DNA of 63,789 nucleotides, filler included. It is 7 parts of 7 records of this genome, joined end to end, with 100 filler letters (N's around TTAATTAATTAA, not from the genome) between each part and the next. Parts side by side here need not be neighbours in the genome. Positions count along the whole stretch, not along the records: positions 54,145 to 63,789 come from SRR31147125_40543; 6 more parts are not named here. One strand, 5' to 3'. The notes under the pieces were generated by a model, which had not been told where the DNA came from, made no database searches, and was given only the letters and a program-made list of their open reading frames with translations. The position numbers and the translations under genes are program-made. Positions 63,379-63,789 of this stretch are shown in pieces (position 1 is the first letter of the stretch; each line of letters opens with the position of its first letter).

Positions 63379-63750
63379 AAATATTATTTTCGGTCTAATA
63401 ATATCAATAGGTTAGCTATGCAGAATTTCACTCAAATATCTCAGATATACTCAAATGTAAACAGCCCCCTACGCAGGAGCTGCGGGGGCTGATGTAAATG
63501 TCGAAAAAGGTCTTCGATGATGCAATACAAAGCCGTAGAAAAAATATAAATGGTTTATAATTATCAGAATTGAAACAGATAATAAAGGATTTGAATTTTA
63601 GTAAAACAAAGAGGATAGCTTAGCCATACTTTGGAACGGAATGTCAATGAGAGGTGCGGTTTCAGGGTATTAAAATATCAGACGAAATGTTTTATTATTA
63701 CAGAATGACAAAAGATATCAGAATAATTAACAACGGAGAATAATAATATT

Positions 63751-63789
63751 ATGAATTCAATCAACCTTAATGATAGATATTTTGAATAC
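63751..63789 (+). CDS. Start of a gene truncated by the window end
   Basis: GGAG upstream, ATG, frame open to the end (MNSINLNDRYFEY). Confidence 0.35.
   Translation, partial: MNSINLNDRYFEY

Larger units (their letters stand above)
54145..63789. mobile_element. Probable plasmid, phage-plasmid or satellite-like replicon fragment
   Basis: AT-rich contig with no housekeeping genes; primase-helicase, Rep-like gene and iterons. No integrase, capsid or conjugation gene is visible, so the class cannot be assigned. Confidence 0.6.

Noticed and set aside
54145-63789. Calling contig 7 a prophage
   Set aside because: No capsid, terminase, tail, integrase or lysis genes are visible in the available sequence.

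Overview
This window is not one locus. It is seven unrelated bacterial contigs (metagenomic or mixed assembly) joined by six 100-nt N-linkers, each containing TTAATTAATTAA. Contig 1 (1-13535): two tandem PQQ-like beta-propeller/PA14 paralogs, a ferritin-like protein, an aldo-keto reductase, an S41 protease, gcvPB and a REC-GGDEF protein. Contig 2 (13636-19543): a family-5 oligosaccharide/peptide ABC transporter preceded by an unexplained structured leader with a terminator and a matching antiterminator. Contig 3 (19644-30160): a teneurin-like NHL/YD/RHS toxin with a putative immunity gene, a PEP-CTERM protein and FapA/DUF342. Contig 4 (30261-35692): an FGE-sulfatase fusion, a secreted protein with a FlgD-Ig/T9SS-like tail and a membrane protein. 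Contig 5 (35793-45884): a TonB-dependent receptor, a beta-helix protein, an NtrC-type two-component pair, NYN, GT9 and DUF2961/GH172. Contig 6 (45985-54044): a tRNA 3' end and an exosortase-A/PEP-CTERM exopolysaccharide locus with a sigma-54 promoter. Contig 7 (54145-63789): a probable mobile replicon with a primase-helicase fusion, a Rep-like gene, phased 21-bp iterons and divergent cargo genes. Eight genes are split at homopolymer runs, most likely pyrosequencing-type errors. The two most promising leads are the riboswitch-like leader at about 17184-17520 and the replication module with cargo in contig 7. All family assignments come from motif recognition by eye; no searches were run.
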